Positions 1 to 11,200 of a stretch of 64,000 bases of DNA are shown one piece after another. The notes under the pieces were generated by a model. That model was not told where the DNA came from and searched no databases. It saw nothing but the letters and a program-made list of their open reading frames with translations. The stretch is taken from positions 260,913 through 324,912 of IMG/VR virus record IMGVR_UViG_3300034358_000008; one strand, given 5' to 3'. The translations under genes were made by a program, and so were the position numbers. How positions within the stretch are numbered: the stretch's first letter is position 1; every line of letters starts with the position of its first letter.

Positions 1-3000
1 TCACCACTTGCATACTTCACAGTTACAGCGTGCTTATCGATGGAGACAACTTCACCATCTTCATCAGCAGAGGTTGCAAAGATACTGGAAGTACGTTGAG
101 CTACGACTTGTTCATAACCAGTACGGACTGGCGAAAGATCGTAACCATCTGCATACAAACCTTGTTGCTGTTGAATCGACGCAAAGCCGATACGCTTCAT
201 GTCGTCGTGTGCCATACCTACACCCAAGAGTGCAGAGGTAGAGAACAACTTAGACTTGGTATCAATCGATTCATCAAACACACGTGTCAAACCACGCATC
301 GAGGTGAAGTTAGCATCAGGAGTCATGTAGGCAATGATACCTACGTCACCGGAGTCAACAGTAGACTCAGAGATAATCCCCCGATCGTTGTCACCATAAA
401 CACGAGTACGAGCAACCATCGATACAGCAGCACGACCACCCGACCCACGATAGGTCATTGCTTCTTGTTCACGCAGGTTAGCAATTGGGTTAGAGTCTTC
501 AATAGTAGCTACAGTCGGATCGTTCAGTTCACGCCATACTTCATGACGATCGAGAACTACCTTCAGTTCAGTACTACCTTCACGACTATTATACCGTTTT
601 ACAGCCTTAGACAGACTGCTGAAGATCTGGCCTGCAATGCGTTCGTAGCCACGATAGCGCATGTACGCACCGTCTACCTCATTAGGAGACCAATCGGTCA
701 TGAGGAGTTCTACAGAGCGGTACAGCAACCCTTCGAAGTCAGTTGGCTCACCCATCTCTTCCAACAGACCCTTAGTGATAGGGTCCAACCAAGCTTCGAA
801 CAGGAAATCGATCTCTTTCAAGAATCGAGCACCCATGTCTTGCTCAGCGAGGATACGGAAGTAAACATCCTTACGGTTAAAGTCATACCGGGAATAGTTA
901 CGCAGCGACTTGTGATAACGACGTAGACCACCGAGTACCAACATGGCTTTATAGTCAGAGCGTGGGAACACCAAGACTTCATCGTTGAAAGCCAGTACCC
1001 ATTCATCTTGCTGAATCACTACGCCTTTGGTACCACGAGGATAAGCCGTGTACTCAACACCGAGTTTCTCCAGCAGGTTATTGAAACCAAACTGATAACC
1101 CAGTACCAAGCCTAGAGGCAAGTCCTTACCACCCACCTTAACATCTACCGATTCCAGTGGAGCTTTGGTCATGTTCAATCCAGCGAGGTCTACGATAGTC
1201 CCCATTGGTTCAAGATCAGTCAAAGACTCTTGGAGATAGAACACACCTTGTTGGTCAACCACAACTGGAGAGTTCTGGTAAGCACCCACCAGCACCAACC
1301 CATCCCGTTCAACATTAGCTGCTGTGATCCCGTACTTAGACTGGAAATGCTCTTCACGTTGAGGATAGTTGAAGAAGAAGTGAATGTCTCCGTTATCGAA
1401 TGCGCTGAACTTAGTAGCCAGAGCAGTGTAGACTCGTGGTAACCCTTGGAATGAGGACAGATCAATTTCAGCGAACTTCGGATTGGAGATAATAGCGTTA
1501 GACTCATCACGAGCCTTAACATCCAATTGACGAGTCAACCATTTGTCGTAGTTGTTATCAGCACGCTCCGAACGCAATACGAATGTCTTGTTCGTATAAC
1601 TGGTCAACGCAACTTTCATTGGGTTAACTTTACGGATTGGAATATCAGCACGCTGAATACGTTGACGGTAAGTAACACCGTTAGACAAGAACCGACCATC
1701 CCGATCAATAACCGGAATAGTGAACTCCAAGTTACTCGATACACCACGAACAGGTTTCACTGTAACTGTGAAGGTTTGAGTGTGGTTCATGACATCTTCA
1801 TTCTCACGAATCTTAATGTCTGTAACCGATACACCTTGACGCTGGATAAACATGATGCCGTTGAGGATATCCTTAGGCAACAGAGTCTTGATGTATTTAC
1901 GCATCATCGGTTTGTGAACCGACTTCAACATGGCTTTGTCCATGATAGTAGCTTTATCAGGATACGCATCCACAGGGACCGTGTAATCCTCATTAGCATA
2001 CTGCATGGCTTCCTTAACAGTTAACCCAGAACCGAATGGGTCTGGCATTGTCTCGTAAGACATCGCTTGATCCACAGCTTGTTCAAAGCTACGTTCAGAA
2101 ATCATGTTGGTCTTAGCCAAACGATACGCTCGCTTAGCAACACCGTCCAACATGTCATCGCCAGTAGAGAACTCTTCCTGCTTAGGTGCACCCGGTTTAC
2201 GCTCTTCTACTTTAAGTGTCTTGGTAGCTGCCTCAGACATCTCATCGGTTTCGATGTGAAGTGTGGTGCTATCCAAATCTAACTCAGGTGGAGGAGTATA
2301 GGTGACTTGCAGAACATCAAGATCGAATGTCTTGTAGACCTTACTGAGAGGTTCAGCAACTTCCGTAACATCAATCTCTTCAACGGGTTCTTCAACAACA
2401 GCCTCTACTTCCGTATCACCGTTATCGTTCTCTTCAAGATCCTCAGTCATATCTGGTTGAGGAGCTTCAATCTCAGCTACGGCTTTCAACAGGTTGTTAG
2501 CTTGTACGTTAGCATCGTTCTCAACGAGTGCTTGACTACCGTTAGCAAATTCAACCAGTGTGGTTACCAGACTGATGAAACGACGCTGCAATACTTCAGG
2601 TTTGAAATAAGCTTCCAGACCAAAGTCATCGATGTACGATTCAAAGCCCATTGCATAGAGAGATTCTTTGTCGTTATTCTCGAGTGCTACCTTCTGAGCA
2701 GCCAAAGCCAACACGTCTTCTTCAATTTCTTCCTCGGTCTGTGTACGCCACTCATCGAGCTTACCAAGGTTGATAACAAAGAAGCTACCTTGGACACGGA
2801 TGAAGAAGTTAATCTGCGCTAGCGCTGCCTTAGGCACCTTAGAGATGTAACTAGACTTACGCTCCAAGCCAAGGAACCGATAAACATCAAACAGATTCAA
2901 AAGACTACCCGTATTGAACAGCTCCAAGAGGTGTTGGTTCTGGGAAGTCTCAAGTTGTTTGAACTGAGCGATGGTTGGCATCCGCTCAGGGATATGCAGT

Positions 3001-3503
3001 TCCATGAAATGGTTCCAGTGAGGGAACCGGTCTACAGCTTTCGCTACGCCGTCCCAAACTGTTGCAGCATTGTTACTCCAGCGGTAGTACGTTGCCTTAT
3101 AACTGGCAATGTAGCGATACAGCGGGTTGAGCATGTTGTAGTTGAACAACGCGACGTTCTGTTGATTCAAACGTACCGATTCATCACGACGCAGTGGTTT
3201 GAAGAAACGATGTTGTTTACGGAATTCGTTCATGAGGGTGATAGGTAACACCCCTGTACGCTTAGGACTACCATCAAGGGTTTCCAACTGAGTAAAGTGT
3301 TCAATGAACACCTTACCTTTCAGCTTAGCGATAATAGGGTCAGCTTGGCTAGGTCCCATTACCGCAGTGTTGTCATCCCAGAAGTGATAGACGGTCTCTA
3401 TCGGGAAATCAAATTTCTTAATGGCGTGCAGACGAGGAGACTGAAGCTCCCCAACCTGACGCAGACCGTAGTCTCTAAGAAACTGTATAATTTTTAAGCG
3501 CAT
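1..3503 (-). CDS. rpoB: Virion RNA polymerase beta subunit, N-terminal part (phiKZ gp178-like); runs off the window start
   Basis: ATG at 3503 (MRLKIIQFLRDYGLRQ...). It is absent from the ORF track, consistent with no stop before the window edge. Near position 100-250 it reads HDDMKRIGFASIQQQQG...RTGYE, matching the RpoB DDANRALMGANMQRQA...GTGME motif. Adjacent to the beta' gene. Confidence 0.88.
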   Translation of the reverse strand, partial: MRLKIIQFLRDYGLRQVGELQSPRLHAIKKFDFPIETVYHFWDDNTAVMGPSQADPIIAKLKGKVFIEHFTQLETLDGSPKRTGVLPITLMNEFRKQHRFFKPLRRDESVRLNQQNVALFNYNMLNPLYRYIASYKATYYRWSNNAATVWDGVAKAVDRFPHWNHFMELHIPERMPTIAQFKQLETSQNQHLLELFNTGSLLNLFDVYRFLGLERKSSYISKVPKAALAQINFFIRVQGSFFVINLGKLDEWRTQTEEEIEEDVLALAAQKVALENNDKESLYAMGFESYIDDFGLEAYFKPEVLQRRFISLVTTLVEFANGSQALVENDANVQANNLLKAVAEIEAPQPDMTEDLEENDNGDTEVEAVVEEPVEEIDVTEVAEPLSKVYKTFDLDVLQVTYTPPPELDLDSTTLHIETDEMSEAATKTLKVEERKPGAPKQEEFSTGDDMLDGVAKRAYRLAKTNMISERSFEQAVDQAMSYETMPDPFGSGLTVKEAMQYANEDYTVPVDAYPDKATIMDKAMLKSVHKPMMRKYIKTLLPKDILNGIMFIQRQGVSVTDIKIRENEDVMNHTQTFTVTVKPVRGVSSNLEFTIPVIDRDGRFLSNGVTYRQRIQRADIPIRKVNPMKVALTSYTNKTFVLRSERADNNYDKWLTRQLDVKARDESNAIISNPKFAEIDLSSFQGLPRVYTALATKFSAFDNGDIHFFFNYPQREEHFQSKYGITAANVERDGLVLVGAYQNSPVVVDQQGVFYLQESLTDLEPMGTIVDLAGLNMTKAPLESVDVKVGGKDLPLGLVLGYQFGFNNLLEKLGVEYTAYPRGTKGVVIQQDEWVLAFNDEVLVFPRSDYKAMLVLGGLRRYHKSLRNYSRYDFNRKDVYFRILAEQDMGARFLKEIDFLFEAWLDPITKGLLEEMGEPTDFEGLLYRSVELLMTDWSPNEVDGAYMRYRGYERIAGQIFSSLSKAVKRYNSREGSTELKVVLDRHEVWRELNDPTVATIEDSNPIANLREQEAMTYRGSGGRAAVSMVARTRVYGDNDRGIISESTVDSGDVGIIAYMTPDANFTSMRGLTRVFDESIDTKSKLFSTSALLGVGMAHDDMKRIGFASIQQQQGLYADGYDLSPVRTGYEQVVAQRTSSIFATSADEDGEVVSIDKHAVTVKYASG

Positions 3504-3506
3504 GAA

Positions 3507-5159
3507 TTATTTCCTTGGCTGAGGATCGCCTGTCATGTACCGGAGCGTAAGGTTAAGGGTATGGATGTTCAGAGAGAACGCAATACCACCACCGGCTCGG
3601 ATATAAGCCAAACGGGACTTAAAGAATTTGTTGCATTCAGCAATCGACTCATTCGAATAACATGCAATCCACGAAGTAGTGTCACCATCGAAGTCGGCAG
3701 TCAGTGGAGCGAGGGTTGCTGGGGGTAGAGAAATAGAGTCGTGCCATTGAGCAGGCTTGTTCAACTCGAACACTGGGAATTCCAGAGCCAGTGGCAAATC
3801 AGGATCACGCTTCCAATCCCAACCAAGTTGGTGACGAAGCTCACCTTTAACGGTGGTCTTGAGATACATACGGCACGGAATAGAACTGTTATAGTTCTCA
3901 ATCGGATAACGTGTAACGAATCCAACTGTGGTGTTCCACATAGATAAGCCGCTCAGGTAAACTAGCTCGGCATACGTCAGTGGGAATACGAATTCCTTGT
4001 TCAAATGCTTAGGCAAAGACGTGATATCACGGAAGATCTTGAAGTTAGAATCTTTGTCTTTGTAGATCAGTGCCAGATAGTGACCTTCAATCTCAATCGC
4101 TCGAGAACGTTGTTCCACTACTTTCAATTCGTTGATCACCTTCTCCAAACCATCTGGAGTAGCCCAACGATCGAGGATGTCTGTACCTACGTCAACCCAT
4201 TCCAGCTTAAGGGTCTTTTTGTTGATGAGTTCTACCCGTTGAGTCAGGGAATCGAATACATCACCGATTACCGAATTACGTAGACCATAGATCGTCTTAG
4301 GTTTAACCGATACTGCACCTTGATACAACCCGATAGCAACGTCCTTAAACTTAGGACGGTTAGGGAGATCCAAGTCAGCGGCGTTAGTATCCAGCGAGGA
4401 GATCACGTTTCGTGTACCGTTGAATACTTTACGAGATGCCCAGTTAGACTGAATGAAACCACCCTTACCCGAGAGCAGACGTTCGTAGTGGTTATAGATC
4501 TCCATCACGGTGTTCTGCAAAGCTACTCGTTTACGGTCGTAGATACTCAGATCGTCATTAGGACCGAAGTATTCAGGTACGTCACGAGACTGCTGGAGAA
4601 GCCGTCTGTAGAGTTCATTCACTTCATCCATAGTGGTGCGGCCATAAGCATCGATCTCGACCTCACGGAACGCAGCAGGAGCTACTAGGAACTGTTTCAG
4701 GATACAATTGTCTTTATACTTCTCAATCAGCTGCAATCGGTTGAGTCGGATACCGGAACCGGTGGATTTGAAGTCGACGTCTTTCCAGTTGTCGTAGAAG
4801 AAGGTGTAGCCAGTCTTTCCATTAAGCTCGTTAGCTGGGACGAAGTCTTTAAGATCTCTGTCAAAGATGGCGAAGGCTTTACCGAGGATGATGTCTTCAT
4901 AGAAACCTTTCAGTTTAAGAATGTTACGGTAGATCACCGGATGGATTACGGGCAAACCTAGTTCTATGTAACCGAAGCGAGATTCACGTTCATTAGAACT
5001 GATTCGACCGAAGATCTCAGTCGAGAACAAACCCTTCTCGTGGAAGTTGCCACCTAAGCCTTCAAAGATCTCATGACTCGTTACTTGACCCAAGAAACCA
5101 AGCTGTGCTTTGGTTGGAATCAGTAGTGAGATGTTGAAGGGCAACAATGCCTTTTTCAT
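3507..5159 (-). CDS. rpoC: Virion RNA polymerase beta' subunit fragment (phiKZ gp180-like)
   Basis: Catalytic ADFDGD motif, GLFSTEIFG...FGYIEL..PVIHP and RYP motifs; 550 aa. Confidence 0.93.
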   Translation of the reverse strand: MKKALLPFNISLLIPTKAQLGFLGQVTSHEIFEGLGGNFHEKGLFSTEIFGRISSNERESRFGYIELGLPVIHPVIYRNILKLKGFYEDIILGKAFAIFDRDLKDFVPANELNGKTGYTFFYDNWKDVDFKSTGSGIRLNRLQLIEKYKDNCILKQFLVAPAAFREVEIDAYGRTTMDEVNELYRRLLQQSRDVPEYFGPNDDLSIYDRKRVALQNTVMEIYNHYERLLSGKGGFIQSNWASRKVFNGTRNVISSLDTNAADLDLPNRPKFKDVAIGLYQGAVSVKPKTIYGLRNSVIGDVFDSLTQRVELINKKTLKLEWVDVGTDILDRWATPDGLEKVINELKVVEQRSRAIEIEGHYLALIYKDKDSNFKIFRDITSLPKHLNKEFVFPLTYAELVYLSGLSMWNTTVGFVTRYPIENYNSSIPCRMYLKTTVKGELRHQLGWDWKRDPDLPLALEFPVFELNKPAQWHDSISLPPATLAPLTADFDGDTTSWIACYSNESIAECNKFFKSRLAYIRAGGGIAFSLNIHTLNLTLRYMTGDPQPRK

Positions 5160-5226
5160 TTTATTTCCTCAGTGGGGGATTTACATGGCAACGATATGAT
5201 TAATTGATATCGATGGAGTTATCAAC

Positions 5227-8200
5227 ATGGCTAAAAAGACTATTCCTCTCGTCAAACCAAAAGGTACTGACGGCAAGGGGAACATCAAAGTACCGGGCGG
5301 TCCGTTGGTTCTAGACCTGGGCGATTTTGACGATATGTTTGGTCCTCTGGAGAGTGATTCTCCTAAGGGCGGACCTCTCGACGAATTCTGGTCAGGGATG
5401 AAAGAATCATTCAGTGATCGTGTACAGGTTAAAGATGTAGTCAGAAACTTTTTACGCTCGGCTGCTCCTGATGGTATCTCTAACCTGATGGGCTTTGCCG
5501 ATGAGGCATTGAGCGCATCTCGGGATATCAAAGAGTCTCTCGAACGTACTAACGCATCTGACCTACAATACATCGCTAAGCGGGCGCAAGCTCTCCTACC
5601 GAAATTACAAGACTACGCACCTGAAGGTATTTACAACGACATCAGTCAGGGTCTAGAGAATAAGATTGACGAGTACGACTACACGATTCAATCGGCTCGT
5701 GATCAAACTCCTATTCGTCGGGCTGCTCAAGAACGAACTGAAACTAGTGAGATCGAATCGGCACTGGACAACATTGCTCTCTCGAGCAAGGTTAACCACA
5801 ACCGCTCAGAACATGGCGCTCAAGTACGACATAACCAAACTCGTGCAGAAGCCAGTGTTCGTGATTTGCTCAAAACTAAACGCTTTGACTTCATGGCTAA
5901 GTCCATGGGCATGGCGAATGATAGCCTTCAACAAATTAATGGTTACAACCAACAGGTTAACTTTGGCTTCCAGCGTAAAGGCTTGGAACTCCAATTCCGT
6001 AGCTACATGGGTATCAAGGAACTCATCAAGCTTCAGGAAGCTAACCTTGAATTGAATGCTCGTGCATTTAATGCGATGATTCGTAACACCGGCATGACTG
6101 ACTTCGAGAAGAACGGGAATAAAGACCTGCAATCGATGGGTGGTCAAGGTGGTGGTAAGCGTCAAGGGTTGGTATCGAAAGCTACTAACAAAACCCTTTC
6201 TCACTTCCTTGGTAATTATGGTGGTGAAGCACAAGGTCGTATCTCAGGCGACATCAGTCAGAAACTCAGCATGGCCGTAATGGCTATGAAGATGGGTGAA
6301 GGTTCTGGCGGTAGCATGTGGAAGAACAAGTACAAGATGGCAGGTAACTTTGCTGGCGATCAAGCTGGCGACTTCATCTTGAATGAACTGATTCCAATGT
6401 TGGGTCGTGAGGCTCGTCCGGGTCTGACTCGTGCTTCTGACAAACACTTAGGTGGCGCACACAACAAGGTTGGTTATGCGTTGGATAACATCCCTGCGTT
6501 CTTGCAGGAGTTCGTTAACAACAACCAAAACCAACACGGGATGAAAGGAAAGCTCAGAGGTTTGATCGCTCCATACGTCCCACAGTTCGGTCTTCAAGAT
6601 CGCACGAAGAGTTCCAACTATCAAACAATTGATCAACCTGCCCAGTTTAACCAAATGACTCAACGAACTATCGTTGATGCTCTCCCCGGTTACTTGGCAC
6701 GTATTCTTCAAACTCTCCGTCAGATTAAGACAGGTAGTGACGATGTTGGTCGTGAGATTTGGGACTTCACCACAGGTAAGTTTACAGTAGAAGGTTCGGC
6801 CCATGATAGCCTCCTAGCTAAGATCGTTCCTAAGAATGCTATCCGTTCTGCATCGACTACTATTAACGACGCACTGAACACGATGGACTCCGGGGGCAAC
6901 CTTAGCCCTAAGGCTCGTCAAGCTTTGTCCGAACGTATGTTGCGTGATGCATCTACTAACCGTCGTTTCGATCCAGAGGCTTATGTCAAGTCTGGTGGTT
7001 ATGCTAAAGACATGCCTGCCGATGTTGCTAAAGAGCTGGAAGGCTTCTTTAATAGCAAGTTCGAGATGGATGGTCAAGGCGGGATGGTCGATAACGCCAA
7101 GAACAACAAACTCCGTCAAGAGTTTTCTCAAGCGTTCTTGGATATCCGTAGTATCTCTCGTGATCCAATCAAAGAGATCTCACGGATTATCGATTCGGGT
7201 CACACTGATGGTCTGCGTGCTATCGGTATCATTATTACTGAGGATGGGATCGATAAGATCAACTACCCTCGTATCTGGGAACTACTGCGAAGTGGTGTAA
7301 CGGATGGTAACCCATTCGGTCCAGGTGGTAATGGTGGACATGATCCAAGCCGTGATGATCAATCGGGTAACGCGGGTCATAAAGACTTCATGGGACCTAA
7401 GGCTCCAGGTGATGCCGATTGGGTTAAGGGTAAGCTGAGTCGGTTCCGTACCAAGTATGCTCCTGAAGAACAAGCTGCTCGTGATCAGATGGCTAAACAC
7501 CTGAAGACTATGCGTGGTCGTTTCGGTAGTGCTGCTAACCATGTTCAAGACATGGCTTCCAACTTACCGGGACAGTTCCAAGACCTCCAAAAACAAGCCG
7601 GTGAAGCAGGTGGTTATTCCCAACTGTTGAGCGGTAAGTATAAAGGCCAGATGCAGGGTATGGCCGATACCGGGATGGCTGGTTTCAATCAGTTCGTCGG
7701 TAAAGCATCTAACGTTGTAAACGACGCCGTCAGCAGTGTTGTTCACCGCTCCGAAGATGTTATCACAGACCTGTATTCCCAGTTCGATAAGAACTATCCG
7801 GCATTGCGGGCTAAGGATTTCGTTAACGGTAGTCTGATCGATGTTAACACCAAGCAAATTATTACCAAGCTCAGCGACATCACGGGTAAAGTAATTAACA
7901 TGGCTGGTGACACCATCCTGACCGCCAACGAAGTAGCTGCTGGGCTGATGAACCCAAATGGCGATATCGTTCTTAAGGTAGATGGGAATTCTACCAGTAA
8001 GGTTGGCGATGCAATCGATAAGAACCAACCTAAGCTTAACGGTGAAGGTGGGTCGGGTGATCCACAAGATCCTAACTCGGAAGAGAACCTCAATTCTCAA
8101 GACTGGGCACTTGGTCCCGGAGAGAATATCGTCCTTACTGCCCGTGGATTACTTAACGGTGAGTATCGAGATGAAGCAGGTAAGATCATCAACTCGATTA

Positions 8201-11200
8201 AGGATATTGCTGGTGACGTCTTTGACAAAACTGGTAACGTAGTCCTGACAGCTAAAGAGTTTGCTGGTGGTCTGTGGGGTCGTCGTTCTGGTACTCGTTA
8301 TCGTCCGACTAAGAACTTTGCTCGACTTCTTCGGTTGGGTAAAGCTGCCGGTAGGTTCTCCAGTCAGTCGGCTGGTACTATCGCTTGGGGCGCTACTAAG
8401 TTTATGGCTAAGGCCACACTTGGTATTGCATCTCGTCTGTTCAACATCTTCGTGGATAACCAGAACGCCTATACTGAAGGTGACCCTATCCCAGTATTGA
8501 CTCGTCGCTCTTTGGCTAACGGTGAATACTTTGATGATAAGGGTAAGGTCATTGAGAACTTTGTGGATGTGTATTCCATTATCCACGATGCTAAAGGTGA
8601 ACCGGTAATTCCTGCTGATCAATATAAACTACTCAAGAACTACGATGGTACTCGTCACGTACTGGCGAAGAACAAACGTATCTGGGGTAAGTTGGTCATG
8701 CGTCCTCTTCGGGCCATGCGTAACGCTTACGCTCGTCAAACCAAGAAGTACTACAAATGGCTCGGTAAAACGTCCGTTAAAGTAGGTGGTTGGGTAGGTA
8801 AGAAAACGTTGGGTGGTTTCGCTAAAGCAGGTGGGATGATCTTCAACCGCATGTTTGAGAAGATCCCTGATGAACAGCGTGCTACAGCGGAAGCGACAGC
8901 TGCCGGTGCATCCGTAGCTAACCAGCCTGTTGTCGAGGGCCTTCAAGAAATTCTTCAAGAACTGAAAGATCAGAAGCCTAAAGAAATCCGTAAGGGTAGC
9001 TGGCAAGATAAAGACGGGAAGAAAGAAGAAGGCGAGAAAGAGAAGAAAGGTGACGCGAAAGAAGAGAAGAAAAGTGGCTTCTTAAAACGTGGCCTTGCTG
9101 GTATTGCCGGTATGTTAGGCCTGGGCGGTAAGAAAAAGAAAGACGATGGTGAGGAAGGGGAAGAAGACGAAGATGGTGGTATCATGGACTCCATCAGTGG
9201 TGCTGCTGACATCAACTCGCTCTCGGGAGGGAAAGGCGGCAAGATCATGAAGTGGGGTAAGAAACTCATCGGCGGTAAAGCCAGTAAAATGCTCGGTAGC
9301 ATAGCTAGCTCGAAGGTTGGGCAGTTTATCGGTAAAGCTGGCGGCCAAATGCTGATGCGTGGTGCCATGATGGCAGGTACCGCTATTGCTGGGTTGTTGA
9401 GTGGACCTGTACTACTCATCGCTGCGGCAGTTGCCGTAACGGCAGGTGCAGCGTACCTTGGTTGGAACCGATACAAAAATATCTCGGGTGAATTCCGTGA
9501 ACTGCGGTTGGCTCAGTACGGTGTTGATAAACCGGTTAGCAAAGGTTTTATCGATTCCATTACATCGATGGATATGTTTAGTCTTGGTGGCGACAAAATC
9601 AAGATTCTCAAGATGGAAGGATTGCTTGATAAATTCACATCCAAAGACGCAGAGAAACCCCAAGTTAACATCAGTGGTGCAGGTGGTCAAGAACTGCTTG
9701 ACATCATGGGTATTGACATTGACGACGAAGCTGCTGTAATGGTGTTTGCACGTTGGCTCGAGAAACGTTTTAAACCAGTCTATCTCCAGTGGATTGGTGG
9801 TTTGAACAAGATCGGTCAAGGTACCGTTAATATCAACGACGTCGACGATAAAGTCCCTGAAGAACTGAAAGGTGATTTCCTTGAGACCATTCGATTCCCT
9901 TACAACAACGAGTCTCCTTACGTTGTAACCGAAAACCCATTCAGCCCAAGCTATCCCCTCCCTAACAACATGGACGTAATCTCTAAGATGTTCGATGAAC
10001 TCAAAGAGAAGTACGGCTTGAAGAAGAAAGAGGCGGAAGAGAAGAAAGCTGCTGAGGCTGGCAAAGACGGTAAACTGGGTACTCCTGCCGATGTGGCGAA
10101 GTCTGCTACTGATGGGATTGCTAAAGATGCTGTTGCTGCAACTGGTGGTGCCGCTGCTGGCGCTGGTGCAATGTCTGCTGCTCAAAAGCTGGCTAATGAA
10201 GCTAGTCAGAAAGATAAGACAGAGCAAGACAAGTTGAAGTCGCCTACTGAAGTTGCCAATGCAGGTGTGTTGTCTGCAAGCCAAGCTGTGGCTGGTATGA
10301 GCGGTGAGATTGCTGACCTTAGCGCGAAGTTGGGTCGTACTCTAACGGCGCTCCAAGCGATCCGTATGCGTGCGTACGGTATGCAGTTCCTTACCGCCGC
10401 TGAAGTTACTGCTGTATTAGCGTTGGAAGCTATCTATGCAAAAGACCTGACTGTATCAGCTACTAGTGTGGACTACGGCGGTGACGCTGGAGTACTACTT
10501 AGTGAAGCTGGACGTCTGTTGGGTAAAGATACTGCTATCGGTGCTGATGATCGATATGCATTGCATGGCTGGCTGACTAACCGTTTCACTCCTGTGTTCC
10601 GTGCATACTTCGGTGCTGCTCGTAACGTTCAACCTGCGGCTAGTCTGGCTGGTTTGGAATCGAAACTGACCGCCAGTGATAAGGTTACAGTGGCTACTGC
10701 CATGTTGGGTGCGTTGGATGCATTCAAACGCTCTATTTGGGATGCTCCATCGTTGTTTGAAATTATGGGCGATCCTAAACAGTTGAAGGCTCTGGCAGAT
10801 GCTGATCTGGCATCGTTGCAGAAAGACGCTGAGAAAGAAGCCCTTGCGACTCCTACTCAGAAATCATCCGATGCCGTAGCGGGTAAAGCAGCTGCTGATA
10901 AAGGTGGTAGTTTCGCAGATCAAGTCATGTCAGGTATTAAAGATACTTGGGACTCGGCTAAAGAAACTGTTTCGTCTGCATGGAACAATGCAACTGATGC
11001 CGTTGGTGATACTGTCGCCGGTGCTAAGATTGCATTGGGTATGGGTCCAGAGTTTGGTGGTGGCGGTACAGCCAAAGGTGGTACTGTTCAGTCCGCTGGT
11101 AATACCGGTGCAGTAGTTGCTGGTAACGGTGGTCAGTGGGAAGCTATTCCTATTCCTACGGCTAGTGGGTCTATCAAAGCTGCGCTGCCTACACTGAAAG

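Noticed and set aside
30-3497. Several long plus-strand ORFs (30-926, 1527-2024, 2307-2822)
   Set aside because: Antisense shadows of the minus-strand RNAP beta gene, caused by codon bias
3507-5159. Intron or intein in the vRNAP beta' gene
   Set aside because: The ORF is continuous through ADFDGD, with no intervening endonuclease or intein motifs seen
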